A stretch of DNA of 64,000 nucleotides from Candidatus Shapirobacteria bacterium (GTDB lineage Bacteria > Patescibacteriota > Microgenomatia > UBA12405 > BS750m-G30). The notes below the pieces were generated by a model. That model searched no databases, was not told the DNA's origin, and saw nothing but the letters and a program-made list of their open reading frames with translations. The stretch lies in NCBI GenBank assembly GCA_043817235.1, contig JBDRHA010000006.1, positions 10,041 through 74,040 on the forward strand. Reading direction: 5' to 3'. Below, piece after piece: positions 17,179 to 26,553 of this stretch; the first letter of the stretch is position 1; every line of letters begins with the position of its first letter. The translations under genes and the position numbers were made by a program.

Positions 17179-17581
17179 GGTATATATTGACACTTCCGCT
17201 TTAGTGGCTTACTTAAGGCCAGCTGATAGCTGTCACAAGAAAGCCGTTAAGGTTTGGGAAAGATTAAGAAAAGACCAGCCAAATCTAATTCTCACTAATT
17301 ATATTCTGGCTGAATTTTTCACTGTAATTAGACAAAGAATTGGAATAAAGGCGGCGGTAAAAGCAGGCGAGATAATAAAAAGGTCTTCGTATTTTAAGAT
17401 AATTTGGGCAGATCAAGTATTAGATGAGGAAGCTTGGAAAATTTTTAAAAAAAACACCCAAAAAAATATTAGTTTTGTTGACTGTGTTTCTATAGCGGTA
17501 ATCGAGAAGTTGAAAATTAATGCCGTTTTTGGTTTTGATAAACATCTTGTTAAGGCCGGAGTTAAATTGATAGAAAACTAA
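17150..17581 (+). CDS. vapC: PIN-domain ribonuclease toxin VapC
   Basis: KVYIDTSALVAYL...LTNYILAEFFTV...FVDCVSIAVIEKL...FGFDKHL carries the PIN acidic residues in canonical positions. Confidence 0.75.
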   Translation: MINIFMAKNKVYIDTSALVAYLRPADSCHKKAVKVWERLRKDQPNLILTNYILAEFFTVIRQRIGIKAAVKAGEIIKRSSYFKIIWADQVLDEEAWKIFKKNTQKNISFVDCVSIAVIEKLKINAVFGFDKHLVKAGVKLIEN

Positions 17582-17596
17582 TCAGCAATTTAAAGC

Positions 17597-17645
17597 AGAG
17601 ATTGCCACGCCCCCCGATGTAGCGTCGGGGGACTCGCAATGACAC
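17597..17645. repeat. MITE fragment (ttgccacgccccccgatgtagcgtcgggggactcgcaatgaca)
   Basis: Same right end as the elements at 20084-20222 and 53583-53662. Confidence 0.7.
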
Positions 17646-17963
17646 ATTCATCGTTCCAAAAAGAAAAGAGAACCGACTGCCACAAGGCTATTTTAACATT
17701 CTTTCACCCTTGATATAATTTTATTTTGCGAGCGGGAAAACCTCGGAGCTTGCTCCGTGGATGAAAGCTATAATCCTCGCAAAGCGAGCAAAAGAAGAAA
17801 CTGCGCAAGCTTGCTGCGCAGAGGCTTCATTTTTTATGTTAACTTTAAAATTAGTTGAAAGGAAATAAAATTATGGAAACCATCACTACTCTAAAAATTA
17901 TTTCTTCTTATATTTCGTATTTAGAAACATTTTCTTCGCCGCTTTTTCTTAACTAGCAAGAAT

Positions 17964-18161
17964 TTGGAATTGAAAGAGATTAATCAAGAAATAGCCGATT
18001 GGGCGGCAATGCTCAGAAGAAATTATCACATCGCTACTCCTGATACTCTTCAGATAGCGACGGCAGCAGTCAGTAAAGCAAAACTATTTGTCTCTAACGA
18101 CAAAAACTGTCAGAAAATCAAAGAAATAAAAGTATTGGTTTTAAAAGACTATTTGGATTAA
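17964..18161 (+). pseudogene. C-terminal remnant of a PIN-domain (VapC) gene
   Basis: ATPDTLQIATAAVSKAKLFVSNDKN resembles the PIN C-terminus (D...IAATA...LVT.D). The upstream N-terminal part and the antitoxin are not intact. The 5' flank duplicates 16786-16866. Confidence 0.4.
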
Positions 18162-18235
18162 AAAACAGCAAGAGGCTGAATGCTGGGACATCTTATAGCT
18201 TGAAAAATTAAAAAAGAAATGATAAAAATATAGTA

Positions 18236-18547
18236 ATGGAAAAAGAAGCAGGAGTTCTATTAAGCGAGGCTGTTAACAGTTTGCCGGAAGATAGCCGCTG
18301 GAAAGGTCGTTTTGAAAAATGGGGGGCGCAGTTTCCGGAGGCTACCATATCAGAATTAACTTTAAGTGATATCCGGAAAGGCGCTAATCCTAAGAAGGGT
18401 GAAGTTTTTCGGGAAGTGGCTAATGGCGAAGGAAAAGGAAGCACCCATGAATCGGTGGCAAGCTTAAGTTTGAAAGCAGATCATAAATATGGGTTACCCA
18501 AGTCCCACAGAGCTAAAACTAGCCGAAGTGTTCGACGCAGGTGGTGA
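18236..18547 (+). CDS. hypothetical protein
   Basis: ORF only. Confidence 0.25.
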   Translation: MEKEAGVLLSEAVNSLPEDSRWKGRFEKWGAQFPEATISELTLSDIRKGANPKKGEVFREVANGEGKGSTHESVASLSLKADHKYGLPKSHRAKTSRSVRRRW

Positions 18548-18627
18548 TTCTTAAAGTGCCGAAATAATCTTTTCGACTTATTCTGCCACTTGACAGATTC
18601 TTTCTTTGGTAATAAAATATTACCAGT

Positions 18628-18927
18628 ATGAAAGTCGGAGTTATTACCACTGCTAATGATAAAGGTCAGGTAGTTATCCCCAAATATATGAGGGAAAAAT
18701 TAGGTATTAACAAAAAGGTGCCTCTAAACTTTGTTTTAAGAGGGGAAGGTATTTATATTTATCCGGTAGACGAGGTCTTAGTTTCTAGTAAAAATAGTTC
18801 TTCCTCTTATTTAGAAATGCTGAAATTAACCCAGGGAGGCTGGTCTAGTGAAAATTGGGAATCTATCAGAAAAAGTAGAGAGAGAATAGAAAAAAAAGCA
18901 TCTGAGCAAAGAAGAAAAAGATGGTAG
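18628..18927 (+). CDS. vapB: AbrB/MazE/SpoVT-type antitoxin
   Basis: TANDKGQVVIPKYMREKLGINKKVPLNFVLRGEGIYIYPVDEV is the swapped-hairpin AbrB-fold signature. Overlaps the downstream PIN gene (ATGGTAG). Confidence 0.7.
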   Translation: MKVGVITTANDKGQVVIPKYMREKLGINKKVPLNFVLRGEGIYIYPVDEVLVSSKNSSSSYLEMLKLTQGGWSSENWESIRKSRERIEKKASEQRRKRW

Positions 18928-19307
18928 TAATCGACACGAGTATTGTTATAGATCATCTTCGACAGAAAACTAAAATTAGATCTTATTTAGTAAAACTCGT
19001 CGAAAAACATCCTAAAAACGAACTAGCAATATCAGTTCTGAGTGTTCAAGAGCTATATGAAGGCAGGAGCACGAGGGATGTAAATCAGGAAAAAATACTT
19101 TTGGCGACAATAAGTCCCTTAAGAATCTTGCCCTATAATTATGAAACAGCTAAAATGGCGGGAGAAATAGCGCGTGACTTGGCGGAAACGATTCAATTTG
19201 CAGATGCGGCAATTGCGGCGACAGCCATCGTTAACGGTGGGCAATTAGCCACTTTAAATAAGAAAGATTTTCAGAAAATACGAGATTTAGATTTTTTTAA
19301 TTTTTAA
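18921..19307 (+). CDS. vapC: PIN-domain toxin VapC
   Basis: MVVIDTSIVIDHL...SVQELYEG...FADAAIAATAIVNGGQLATLNKKDFQKI. Confidence 0.75.
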   Translation: MVVIDTSIVIDHLRQKTKIRSYLVKLVEKHPKNELAISVLSVQELYEGRSTRDVNQEKILLATISPLRILPYNYETAKMAGEIARDLAETIQFADAAIAATAIVNGGQLATLNKKDFQKIRDLDFFNF

Positions 19308-22300
19308 ACTTTCAGCTTTTTGGATTTTTTGCCCTCCGGTTTTGAGCAAAATCTCTTTTTCAAACTCCTTTGGCCAGGAAGGAGCAAAAATAATTATTTT
19401 ATCGGTTAATTCTAAATTTTCTTTTCTTCGCAGCGTCTGGACTTCTCTAATTAAATCGCGCGCTTTACCCTCTTTTTTTAATTCTGGGGTTAATTTTGTA
19501 TTGAGCTTTATGCTTTTAGCTAATTTTATTTTTTTAATATTCAGCTCATCTAAAAGAAGATAGTCGATATTTAGCTTCTTAAAAAAGGAAGCGTTTGGCG
19601 AATACAAGGCGGAAAGCGGTTGCTTGACGGCAATATTTTTTGCTTTGCGCAAGGCATGACCTTCGGTAACTTCGTTTCTTAATTGAGCCATTGCTTTTTC
19701 TAAATCCAAATTTAAATATTTCTTTTCTATTTTTGGCCAAGACTGGAGATGAATGGAGTCTTTAACTTTTAATTTATTTTTATTTCCCTGAAGGTTCTGC
19801 CAGACGGTTTCCGGCAAAAAAGGAATAAAGATACCCAAAAGCAAGGAAAGCTGCTCCAGGCAATGATAGAGGGTGCTAAAACAAGCTTCGCGGTCCCTCG
19901 TGTTTTGGCTGTTGGGCGAGAGCCGCTCGCGGGAGCGGCGCACATACCAAAGGGAAAGATCTTCTATAAAGTTTTCTAAGCTTTTTAAGGCGTTTTGATG
20001 ACGAAAACGATTCAGTTCGCCTTGGGCCTCTTTTTTGGTGTTTTCCAGCCGAGAGAGAATCCAAGCGTCAAGCGGGCTAGTGTCATTGCGAGGAGTCGCT
20101 GAGGAGGCGTGGAAATCCAGTTTCCGTGTCATTGCGAGGATCGGAGCGACGTGGCAATCTTTCCAACGGGATCGCCACGCCCCCGACGTCACGTCGTGGG
20201 ACTCGCGATGACAAGGACACCAGCCATTTAAATTCGCATAAGTAGCTAAAAAGCGAAAAGAGTTCCAATAAAGGAAAATAAATCTTCGCCTGATTTCATC
20301 GGCAATAGAATAGCCAAAATTAAGGCCAAGATGGGGCCTTTGCCGGCAGTATAGCCAGCGCATCGTGTCTACTCCCATTTTTTCGACAGCCTCATCATAA
20401 GGAATGCCGTTTTTCTTGGTCTTGCTCATTCGCTCGCCTTTTTCGTCGCGCACTTCGCCGTGGTTAAGAACACTCTTGTATGGAGCCATATTTTCAAAAA
20501 TTACTCCGTAAACGAGCATCGAATAAAACCAGAGCCGGATTTGCTCAATCATTTCCAAAACTAAGTCAGCCGGGAACCACTTTTGCCAGTATTTTTTGTC
20601 TTCAAAATATTTTAAGGTAGAAAAAGGAACGACGCCTGCGTCCAGCCAGCAATCGCCCACGTCCAAAATTCGGTTTACGGGCTTACCGCACTGGGGGCAT
20701 TTGATTTTAATTTCATCAACCCAGGGTCGGTGCAAAGAGGGGAGTTTGTCGACTAAATTTTGGTTTACTGCCAATTTTTTTAGTTCTTTTTTAGAGCCGA
20801 TTACGGTTAGTTTTTTGCACTTAAGGCATTCATAAAAAGGCAAAGATAAGCCGTAAAAGCGCTTGCGGCTGATCATCCAGTCTCCCATATTATTGAGCCA
20901 GCCCTGCATTCTTTTTCCGGCAAATTTCGGAATCCAGTTGGCCGTGGCCGCGGCCTTTTTTAGCTCGGGCTTGATTTTGGTGCAATTAATAAACCAATTT
21001 TCTTCTAAGCGAAATAAAGTTTTTGCGCCGCACCGCCAGCAGTGGGGGTAAGAATGGGTAATGGTTTCCGTTTTATAAAGTAGATTTTTGTCTTTTAAAT
21101 AGTTAATTACTTCTTTTCCCACTTCGTGGGCGTATTTATTAGTTAAACTACCGTAGCCCGGGCCAAATTGGCCGGCTTCCGTTAAAGGAGAAAGAGCGGG
21201 TGCGCCCAAGCTTTTTCCCAGGAGAAAATCGTCTTCTCCACAGCCCGGAGCAATATGAACGATTCCGGTTCCTTCATCTGGATTAGCCAGCTTCCATTTT
21301 ACGACAGAATGCTTAATATTTTTTTGAGCGGGAATATCATAAAGCGATTCGTATTCTTGACCTAATAAATCTTTGGCGGCAACGGAGATTTGGTTTTTCA
21401 AGCCCAAGCGGTCGGCCGACTCTTTAGCCAAATACCAGTATTCGACTCCGCTGTCATCCCGAGCGTAGTCGAGGGATCTTCTTTTTTTTGTCATTGCGAG
21501 CGTAGCGAAGCAATCCCGAGTGGAATCTGTAATTTCAACGGGATCGCCATGTCCCGCAGCTGCGGGACTCGCGATGACACGATTCTTCGCGACGACACGG
21601 ACTTTCACATACTCATATTCTGGATTGATCGCCAAAAGGACGTTAGCAGATAAAGTCCAGGGGGTTGTAGTCCAGGCTAAGAAATACTCATTCTTTTTAT
21701 TTTTTAAAGGGAATTTAACATGAACGGAAAAATCTTGAATATCTTTATAGCCTTCGGCCTGTTCATGGCGGGATAAACCGGTTTCGCACCTCGGGCACCA
21801 GGTGGTGGCGGATTTTGCCTTATAAAGTAATTCTTTTTGGCGGCAGATTTGCAAAAATTTCCAAATATATAAATTATTAGTTTCCGAATAAGTATAATAG
21901 GAATTATCCCAATCCATAAAATAGCCCAAGCGCTTGGACTGCTCGGCTTGCAAGGCAGCATAAGTTTTGACCCGGTCTTGGCATGATTGGGTAAATTTAG
22001 CTAAACCATATTTTTCAATATCTTTTTTGGAATTAAAGCCTAAGGCTTTTTCCACCTCTACTTCAACCCAAAGTCCCTGGCAGTCAAACCCGTTTTGAAA
22101 TCTTTGCTGATAGCCTTGGGCGTTTTTGTATTTTTGATAAAGGTCTTTTAAGGTTCGGCCCCAGGCATGGTGCGCACCCATGGGGTTATTGGCAGTAATT
22201 GGGCCGTCAATAAAAGAAAAGCGCTTTTTAGAATTTTTATTTTTGGCTAAATATTTTTCAAGCAAGCCGTTTTTTTCCCAAAACTTAAGAATCTTTTTTT

Positions 22301-22370
22301 CGTTTTGAACAAAATCAAATTGAGCTTCGGGTAAAGCAAAATAATTTTCTTTCTTTTTCTTAGTTTTCAT
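19287..22370 (-). CDS. ileS: isoleucyl-tRNA synthetase carrying two in-frame MITE insertions
   Basis: HxGH-type motif NPMGAHHAWG; KMSKS-like ERMSKTKKNG; Zn-finger-like WCPRCETGL; CP1 editing region. The ORF is continuous across repeats at 20084-20222 and 21437-21600. Confidence 0.95.
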   Translation of the reverse strand: MKTKKKKENYFALPEAQFDFVQNEKKILKFWEKNGLLEKYLAKNKNSKKRFSFIDGPITANNPMGAHHAWGRTLKDLYQKYKNAQGYQQRFQNGFDCQGLWVEVEVEKALGFNSKKDIEKYGLAKFTQSCQDRVKTYAALQAEQSKRLGYFMDWDNSYYTYSETNNLYIWKFLQICRQKELLYKAKSATTWCPRCETGLSRHEQAEGYKDIQDFSVHVKFPLKNKKNEYFLAWTTTPWTLSANVLLAINPEYEYVKVRVVAKNRVIASPAAAGHGDPVEITDSTRDCFATLAMTKKRRSLDYARDDSGVEYWYLAKESADRLGLKNQISVAAKDLLGQEYESLYDIPAQKNIKHSVVKWKLANPDEGTGIVHIAPGCGEDDFLLGKSLGAPALSPLTEAGQFGPGYGSLTNKYAHEVGKEVINYLKDKNLLYKTETITHSYPHCWRCGAKTLFRLEENWFINCTKIKPELKKAAATANWIPKFAGKRMQGWLNNMGDWMISRKRFYGLSLPFYECLKCKKLTVIGSKKELKKLAVNQNLVDKLPSLHRPWVDEIKIKCPQCGKPVNRILDVGDCWLDAGVVPFSTLKYFEDKKYWQKWFPADLVLEMIEQIRLWFYSMLVYGVIFENMAPYKSVLNHGEVRDEKGERMSKTKKNGIPYDEAVEKMGVDTMRWLYCRQRPHLGLNFGYSIADEIRRRFIFLYWNSFRFLATYANLNGWCPCHRESHDVTSGAWRSRWKDCHVAPILAMTRKLDFHASSATPRNDTSPLDAWILSRLENTKKEAQGELNRFRHQNALKSLENFIEDLSLWYVRRSRERLSPNSQNTRDREACFSTLYHCLEQLSLLLGIFIPFLPETVWQNLQGNKNKLKVKDSIHLQSWPKIEKKYLNLDLEKAMAQLRNEVTEGHALRKAKNIAVKQPLSALYSPNASFFKKLNIDYLLLDELNIKKIKLAKSIKLNTKLTPELKKEGKARDLIREVQTLRRKENLELTDKIIIFAPSWPKEFEKEILLKTGGQKIQKAESLKIKKI
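20084..20222. repeat. MITE pair inserted in frame in ileS (encodes ...CPCHRESHDVTSGAWRSRWKDCHVAPILAMTRKLDFHASSATPRNDTSPLDA...)
   Basis: gtcattgcgaggagtcgc ... gtcattgcgaggatcggagcgacgtggcaatcttt ... cgtgggactcgcgatgaca. The host frame is not broken. Confidence 0.85.
21437..21600. repeat. MITE pair inserted in frame in ileS (encodes ...ASPAAAGHGDPVEITDSTRDCFATLAMTKKRRSLDYARDDSG...)
   Basis: gtcatcccgagcgtagtcgagggatc, gtcattgcgagcgtagcgaagcaatcc and cccgcagctgcgggactcgcgatgaca. Confidence 0.85.
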
Positions 22371-22493
22371 CCTCCTTATTTTACCCCAATTTCCTTAAAA
22401 AATCTGCCGATATTCAACCTCGGGAGTTGATTACCCTTGCAACATCGGGAATCTGAAAAAAGTTGAACACAGGGCGCGTGCGAGTCAAATATT

Positions 22494-24947
22494 TTGCTAT
22501 ACTGGAATTTAATGAAGCGTTTAGGCTTAACTGCTTACCAAGTGGATCAGGCTAGACAAAAGCATGGCTCCAATGTTTTGCCGGAAGAAAAAAGAAAATC
22601 AGCTTGGCGCCTAGTCTTTAGTCAGCTCCAAAACCCTCTAATTTATATTTTGATTTTTGCCAATTTAGTCACTTTAGCTTTAGGCGACTATTCCGACTCC
22701 TTGGTTATTTTTTTGGCGGTAGCAGTTAATACTTTTTTGGGATTTTGGCAAGAAAAAAAAGTTGATCAGGCTCTATCGGCCTTGAAAAAGGCGATTCCTT
22801 TTAAGGTTGTAGCGATAAGGGACCGGAAAGAAGAGGAGATTGAGGCCAAGGACTTGGTTCCGGGAGATTTGGTTAAATTATCCGCCGGCCAGAAAATTCC
22901 GGCGGACGGAAGGCTGCTGGAAAGCCACGATTTGGCAATTAATGAAGCGGTTTTGACCGGGGAATCTCATCCAGTGCGCAAAAAGGCCAGCAGTAAAAAA
23001 AGCCGAGAACATGCTGTTTATTCCGGCACGGTAGTTGTCGGCGGCAGTGGTCTATTTGAAGTGACCAAGATTGGGTTAAGCACTAAAATTGGCCAAATTG
23101 CCCAAACTTTACAGCACACTGCGCAAGAACCTACCCCGCTGCAGCAGCAATTGACCAAATTAGCTAAAACTTTAGCTATAGTCGTTGGCGTCTTGTGTTT
23201 GTTGATTTTTGTTTGGGAAGTTTTGGAGGGAGGAGAGGTGGCGGAGATGTTTGAGCTAGCGGTGGCTATTGCTGTTTCGGCTATTCCTGAGGGCTTGATT
23301 ATTTCTTTGACGGTAATTTTGGCCATTGGGATGCAGAAGATATTTCAAAATAACGCTTTAGTGCGCCGTTTGGTTTCTGCCGAAACCTTAGGGGCGACCA
23401 GTGTTCTTTGTGTTGACAAAACAGGAACAATTACTTTAGGCGAAGTGCAATTAGTGGACTTAAAGGCCGACAAAAAGCGAGCGGCCTTGCGAGCGGCGGT
23501 TTTAGGAGCGGATTTATCTTCGGCGGAGGGCTTAGGAATTTGGGAATTTGCTAAAGAGAAAAAAGTTTTTGACCCCCAAAGAATAAAAGAAGCGGTCAAA
23601 AAAATTTATTTTGCCCCTTTTTCTTTTAAAAAAAAGCTTACCTACGCGATATATGAAGAAAAAGAGAGGAAATTTTGCTATACCGTTGGTGCACCGGAGG
23701 TATTATTGCGCTCCTGCTGTTCAGCCGATCAAAAAAAGTGGTTAAAGTTAATTGATCGCTATTCTGCTCAGGGCTATCGTTTATTAGGCATAGCTGTTTC
23801 GCAAAAAAAGGGCAAAGCGCGAAAAATAGCTGATTTTGGCTGTTTTCAATTTTTGGGCTTACTCAAATTGGAAGACCCGCCTCGGAGGCGGGTGAAAAAA
23901 ACTCTCCAAGAGTGTAGGCAAGCCGGACTGAAAATAAAAATTATTACCGGTGATTATTTGGCCACGGCTCGCGCTCTTTTGGAAAAAATTGGGATTGAGC
24001 TTAAAGCGGGAGAGTATTTGGAAGGCGAAGAACTAAAAGCTTTAAGCGAAGCGCAAAAGAAAGAAAGGATAAGCAAAACTGTTTTATTTGCCCGCACCGA
24101 TCCTTTTCAAAAGTTAGAAATTGTTCAGTCTTTAAAAGAGAGCGGGGAAGTAGTAGCGATGACTGGAGACGGAGTGAATGATGCTCTGGCCTTGAAAAAA
24201 GCGGACATTGGTGTTGTGGTGGCAGAAGGTACTCAGGTAGCTAAAGAAACAGCGGATATGGTTTTGCTGGACAATAATCTGTCCACAATTGTTCAGGCGA
24301 TTGCCCAGGGCCGAGTGATCTTTCAAAATATTCGTAAAGTAACGGTTTATTTGCTTGCCGATAGCTTTACGGAAGTAGTTTTAGTTATTGGTGCGCTGAT
24401 TTTAAGACTGCCCTTGCCCTTGCTGCCGGTGCAAATTCTTTGGGTCAATCTCATTGCCGATTCCTTTCCTTCTTTTGCTCTGGCTTTTGAAAAAGAAGAT
24501 GGCTGGTTGATGAAACAGCCGCCCCGTCGAAAAGATCAGCCGATTTTAGACAAAGAGGCCAAAATAATTATTTTTATTATTGGCTTGGTCACTGATCTAA
24601 TTTTATTAGGTTTCTTTTGGTATTTTAATCGCTCTAGTCTAGATATTCATTATATCCGCTCTTTTATCTTTGCCGCTTTATCAACAGACTCTCTTTTATA
24701 CGTATTTGCCTGCAAAACATTTGCCAAAAGCATCTGGCATACTCGGGTTTTGGACAATAAGTATTTGAATCTTTCGGTTCTTTTAGGTTTTGTTATGTTA
24801 ATCGTTACTTTTGTTTTTCCGCCTTTGGCTCGGCTCTTTGAGCTAACCCCTTTGGGTTGGGACAGCGTCCTCTTAATCGCCGTTTTAGCCGTAGTGGAAA
24901 TCGGCTTGATTGAGTTTGTCAAATTGTTTTTTCTTATTGACAAATAG
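22494..24947 (+). CDS. P-type cation-transporting ATPase (type II-like, HAD superfamily). The true start is probably the ATG at 22512.
   Basis: DKTGTIT phosphorylation motif (LCVDKTGTITLG), GDGVNDALALKKADIGV hinge motif, TGES-like TGESHPV, N-terminal cation-ATPase domain, 8-10 TM helices. Confidence 0.9.
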   Translation: MLYWNLMKRLGLTAYQVDQARQKHGSNVLPEEKRKSAWRLVFSQLQNPLIYILIFANLVTLALGDYSDSLVIFLAVAVNTFLGFWQEKKVDQALSALKKAIPFKVVAIRDRKEEEIEAKDLVPGDLVKLSAGQKIPADGRLLESHDLAINEAVLTGESHPVRKKASSKKSREHAVYSGTVVVGGSGLFEVTKIGLSTKIGQIAQTLQHTAQEPTPLQQQLTKLAKTLAIVVGVLCLLIFVWEVLEGGEVAEMFELAVAIAVSAIPEGLIISLTVILAIGMQKIFQNNALVRRLVSAETLGATSVLCVDKTGTITLGEVQLVDLKADKKRAALRAAVLGADLSSAEGLGIWEFAKEKKVFDPQRIKEAVKKIYFAPFSFKKKLTYAIYEEKERKFCYTVGAPEVLLRSCCSADQKKWLKLIDRYSAQGYRLLGIAVSQKKGKARKIADFGCFQFLGLLKLEDPPRRRVKKTLQECRQAGLKIKIITGDYLATARALLEKIGIELKAGEYLEGEELKALSEAQKKERISKTVLFARTDPFQKLEIVQSLKESGEVVAMTGDGVNDALALKKADIGVVVAEGTQVAKETADMVLLDNNLSTIVQAIAQGRVIFQNIRKVTVYLLADSFTEVVLVIGALILRLPLPLLPVQILWVNLIADSFPSFALAFEKEDGWLMKQPPRRKDQPILDKEAKIIIFIIGLVTDLILLGFFWYFNRSSLDIHYIRSFIFAALSTDSLLYVFACKTFAKSIWHTRVLDNKYLNLSVLLGFVMLIVTFVFPPLARLFELTPLGWDSVLLIAVLAVVEIGLIEFVKLFFLIDK

Positions 24948-24964
24948 GCAATTAGCGTAATAAA

Positions 24965-26536
24965 TTGGGAAAAGTGAAAAAATTAAAAGATCGTCTTTCT
25001 TTAAAAAGCTGGCTGCTGGTTTTTTTAGGACTAGCTCTTTTTGTAACGGTTTTGCAGATAAATGAAAGTCGGGAACCGCGCGGCGGGGCTCAAGCAGGAG
25101 AGAAGAAAATTGAAGTTGCTTTTTATAATTGCTCTGCTCATGCTTTGATCGTTGGTGAAGAATGCTATCTTTCCGCTTTAGTTCGGGATGAGAATAACCG
25201 ATCTTTGTTTGATGGATATCGCTACGATTGGAGCATTTCTTCAGATGGCTCTTTAGGGGAGCTTATTTTTGGCACTGACAAAATCGCGACTTTAAAAGTG
25301 CGAGAAGCAGGAAAGGGTGATTTAGTGGTGCGGGCGATCTCTGTGAGTACGGGAGAAATTATCACGAGAAGTATTGCTATTACCGCTTTAAATGAGCCTT
25401 TGGAGAGCGATTGCCAAAGAAGAGGGAGCAAAATTTCTGTTACGCCCTTGGGTGGCGAGGGGAAGTGCCATGATGTTCAGCAGGCGATAGATGTCGCTCA
25501 AAGCGGGGATGAGATTTGGTTATCGCCGGGAACATACCAAGTTAAAAGTAAAAACTGTTTTTCACTTCCGTATTCCTCCGAAGGTGGCCCAACATGCGGT
25601 CTAGAGATTAACGGAAAAAATAATCTTAGAGTCTTGTCGTCCTATGGTTCGTCTATTCTGGAATTTCAAGGCAGTGAGCATGGTTTGGTTCTTTCCTCTG
25701 TTAGTAATATTACCCTTAGAGGGTTATCGTTTCAAAAACAAGCGAATAATGCAATATATATTGTTAATAGTAATAATATTCATTTAGAAGAATTATCTTA
25801 CAATCAGTTTAATGGCAATTTAATTCTGGCGGAAGATTCTGATGGTCTGATGATTGCCCGAAATGTTTTTTATAACTATGATGGCCAGGACCAAGTTGAT
25901 TCTTTAGTTTTTTCACATATTCAAGGAGTGATTAGCAATAGCGTGTTTACTGGTGCTAACATTTTAGTCCGGGTAGATTCTGACTCAGATTTACAGGTTT
26001 TGCATAATACTTTTAACCAGAACAGAGCGGCTAGAATTATTCTTGGCGACAATGGGGTAAATAAAGTAGCTTTTAAGAATAATCTCGTCTTGGAAAGTGA
26101 GGGAGAGATGGTAGTTGGATCGCAAGGCGAAGTTGAGGCTGATTATAACTCTTTTTGGAATGTTCATGGGTCAGTTCAAGGGCTGATTAATTTAGGGATG
26201 CACAATATGTACACCGAGCCCAAAATTGATAGTAGAAATTTATGTCTCATGCCCGGGTCGCCCCTAATTGGTGCTGGAGAAAATGGTGGTAATATTGGAG
26301 CTTATTCTGAATGTAGATACCGAGGTTTTTGCTCTTGCTCGTTTGATTTAGGAGTAATTTATAAATCAAAAGGTGACGCCAATTGTGATAACAGGACTGA
26401 CCAAATCGATTACAATGCTTGGTTTGATAGCTTTATTAGAGGAAGTACTAAGTACGGCTTAGAGGCCGATTTAAACTGCAGTGGCAAAGTGAGCATTGAT
26501 GACTATGAGGTCTGGCGGCGATTTTTTATGTGGTGA
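24965..26536 (+). CDS. secreted right-handed parallel beta-helix protein (pectate-lyase fold-like) with a C-terminal dockerin-like double Ca-binding repeat
   Basis: N-terminal TM/signal. Repetitive N.....G.l. beta-helix rungs (NNIHLEELSYNQF...; ISNSVFTGANILVRV...; LHNTFNQNRAARIIL). C-terminal DANCDNRTDQIDYNAW and DLNCSGKVSIDDYEVW resemble dockerin type-I repeats. Confidence 0.55.
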   Translation: MGKVKKLKDRLSLKSWLLVFLGLALFVTVLQINESREPRGGAQAGEKKIEVAFYNCSAHALIVGEECYLSALVRDENNRSLFDGYRYDWSISSDGSLGELIFGTDKIATLKVREAGKGDLVVRAISVSTGEIITRSIAITALNEPLESDCQRRGSKISVTPLGGEGKCHDVQQAIDVAQSGDEIWLSPGTYQVKSKNCFSLPYSSEGGPTCGLEINGKNNLRVLSSYGSSILEFQGSEHGLVLSSVSNITLRGLSFQKQANNAIYIVNSNNIHLEELSYNQFNGNLILAEDSDGLMIARNVFYNYDGQDQVDSLVFSHIQGVISNSVFTGANILVRVDSDSDLQVLHNTFNQNRAARIILGDNGVNKVAFKNNLVLESEGEMVVGSQGEVEADYNSFWNVHGSVQGLINLGMHNMYTEPKIDSRNLCLMPGSPLIGAGENGGNIGAYSECRYRGFCSCSFDLGVIYKSKGDANCDNRTDQIDYNAWFDSFIRGSTKYGLEADLNCSGKVSIDDYEVWRRFFMW

Positions 26537-26553
26537 ATTTATAGAGGTCGGAA

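Noticed and set aside
20084-21600. Intein or self-splicing intron inside ileS
   Set aside because: The inserts are only about 140-160 bp and are the same sequences found in intergenic DNA. They lack intein blocks and intron core structures, and the reading frame simply continues through them.
22413-22449. yybP-ykoY (Mn2+) or other metal riboswitch upstream of the P-type ATPase
   Set aside because: The conserved 37-nt motif does not match the riboswitch consensus elements I can recall. An identical motif also sits downstream of ndk, where no metal transporter follows.
23018-23599. Antisense ORFs within the P-type ATPase gene (23018-23326, 23345-23599, 24132-24326, 24650-24943)
   Set aside because: They lie on the opposite strand of a high-confidence 817-aa gene and have no independent support.
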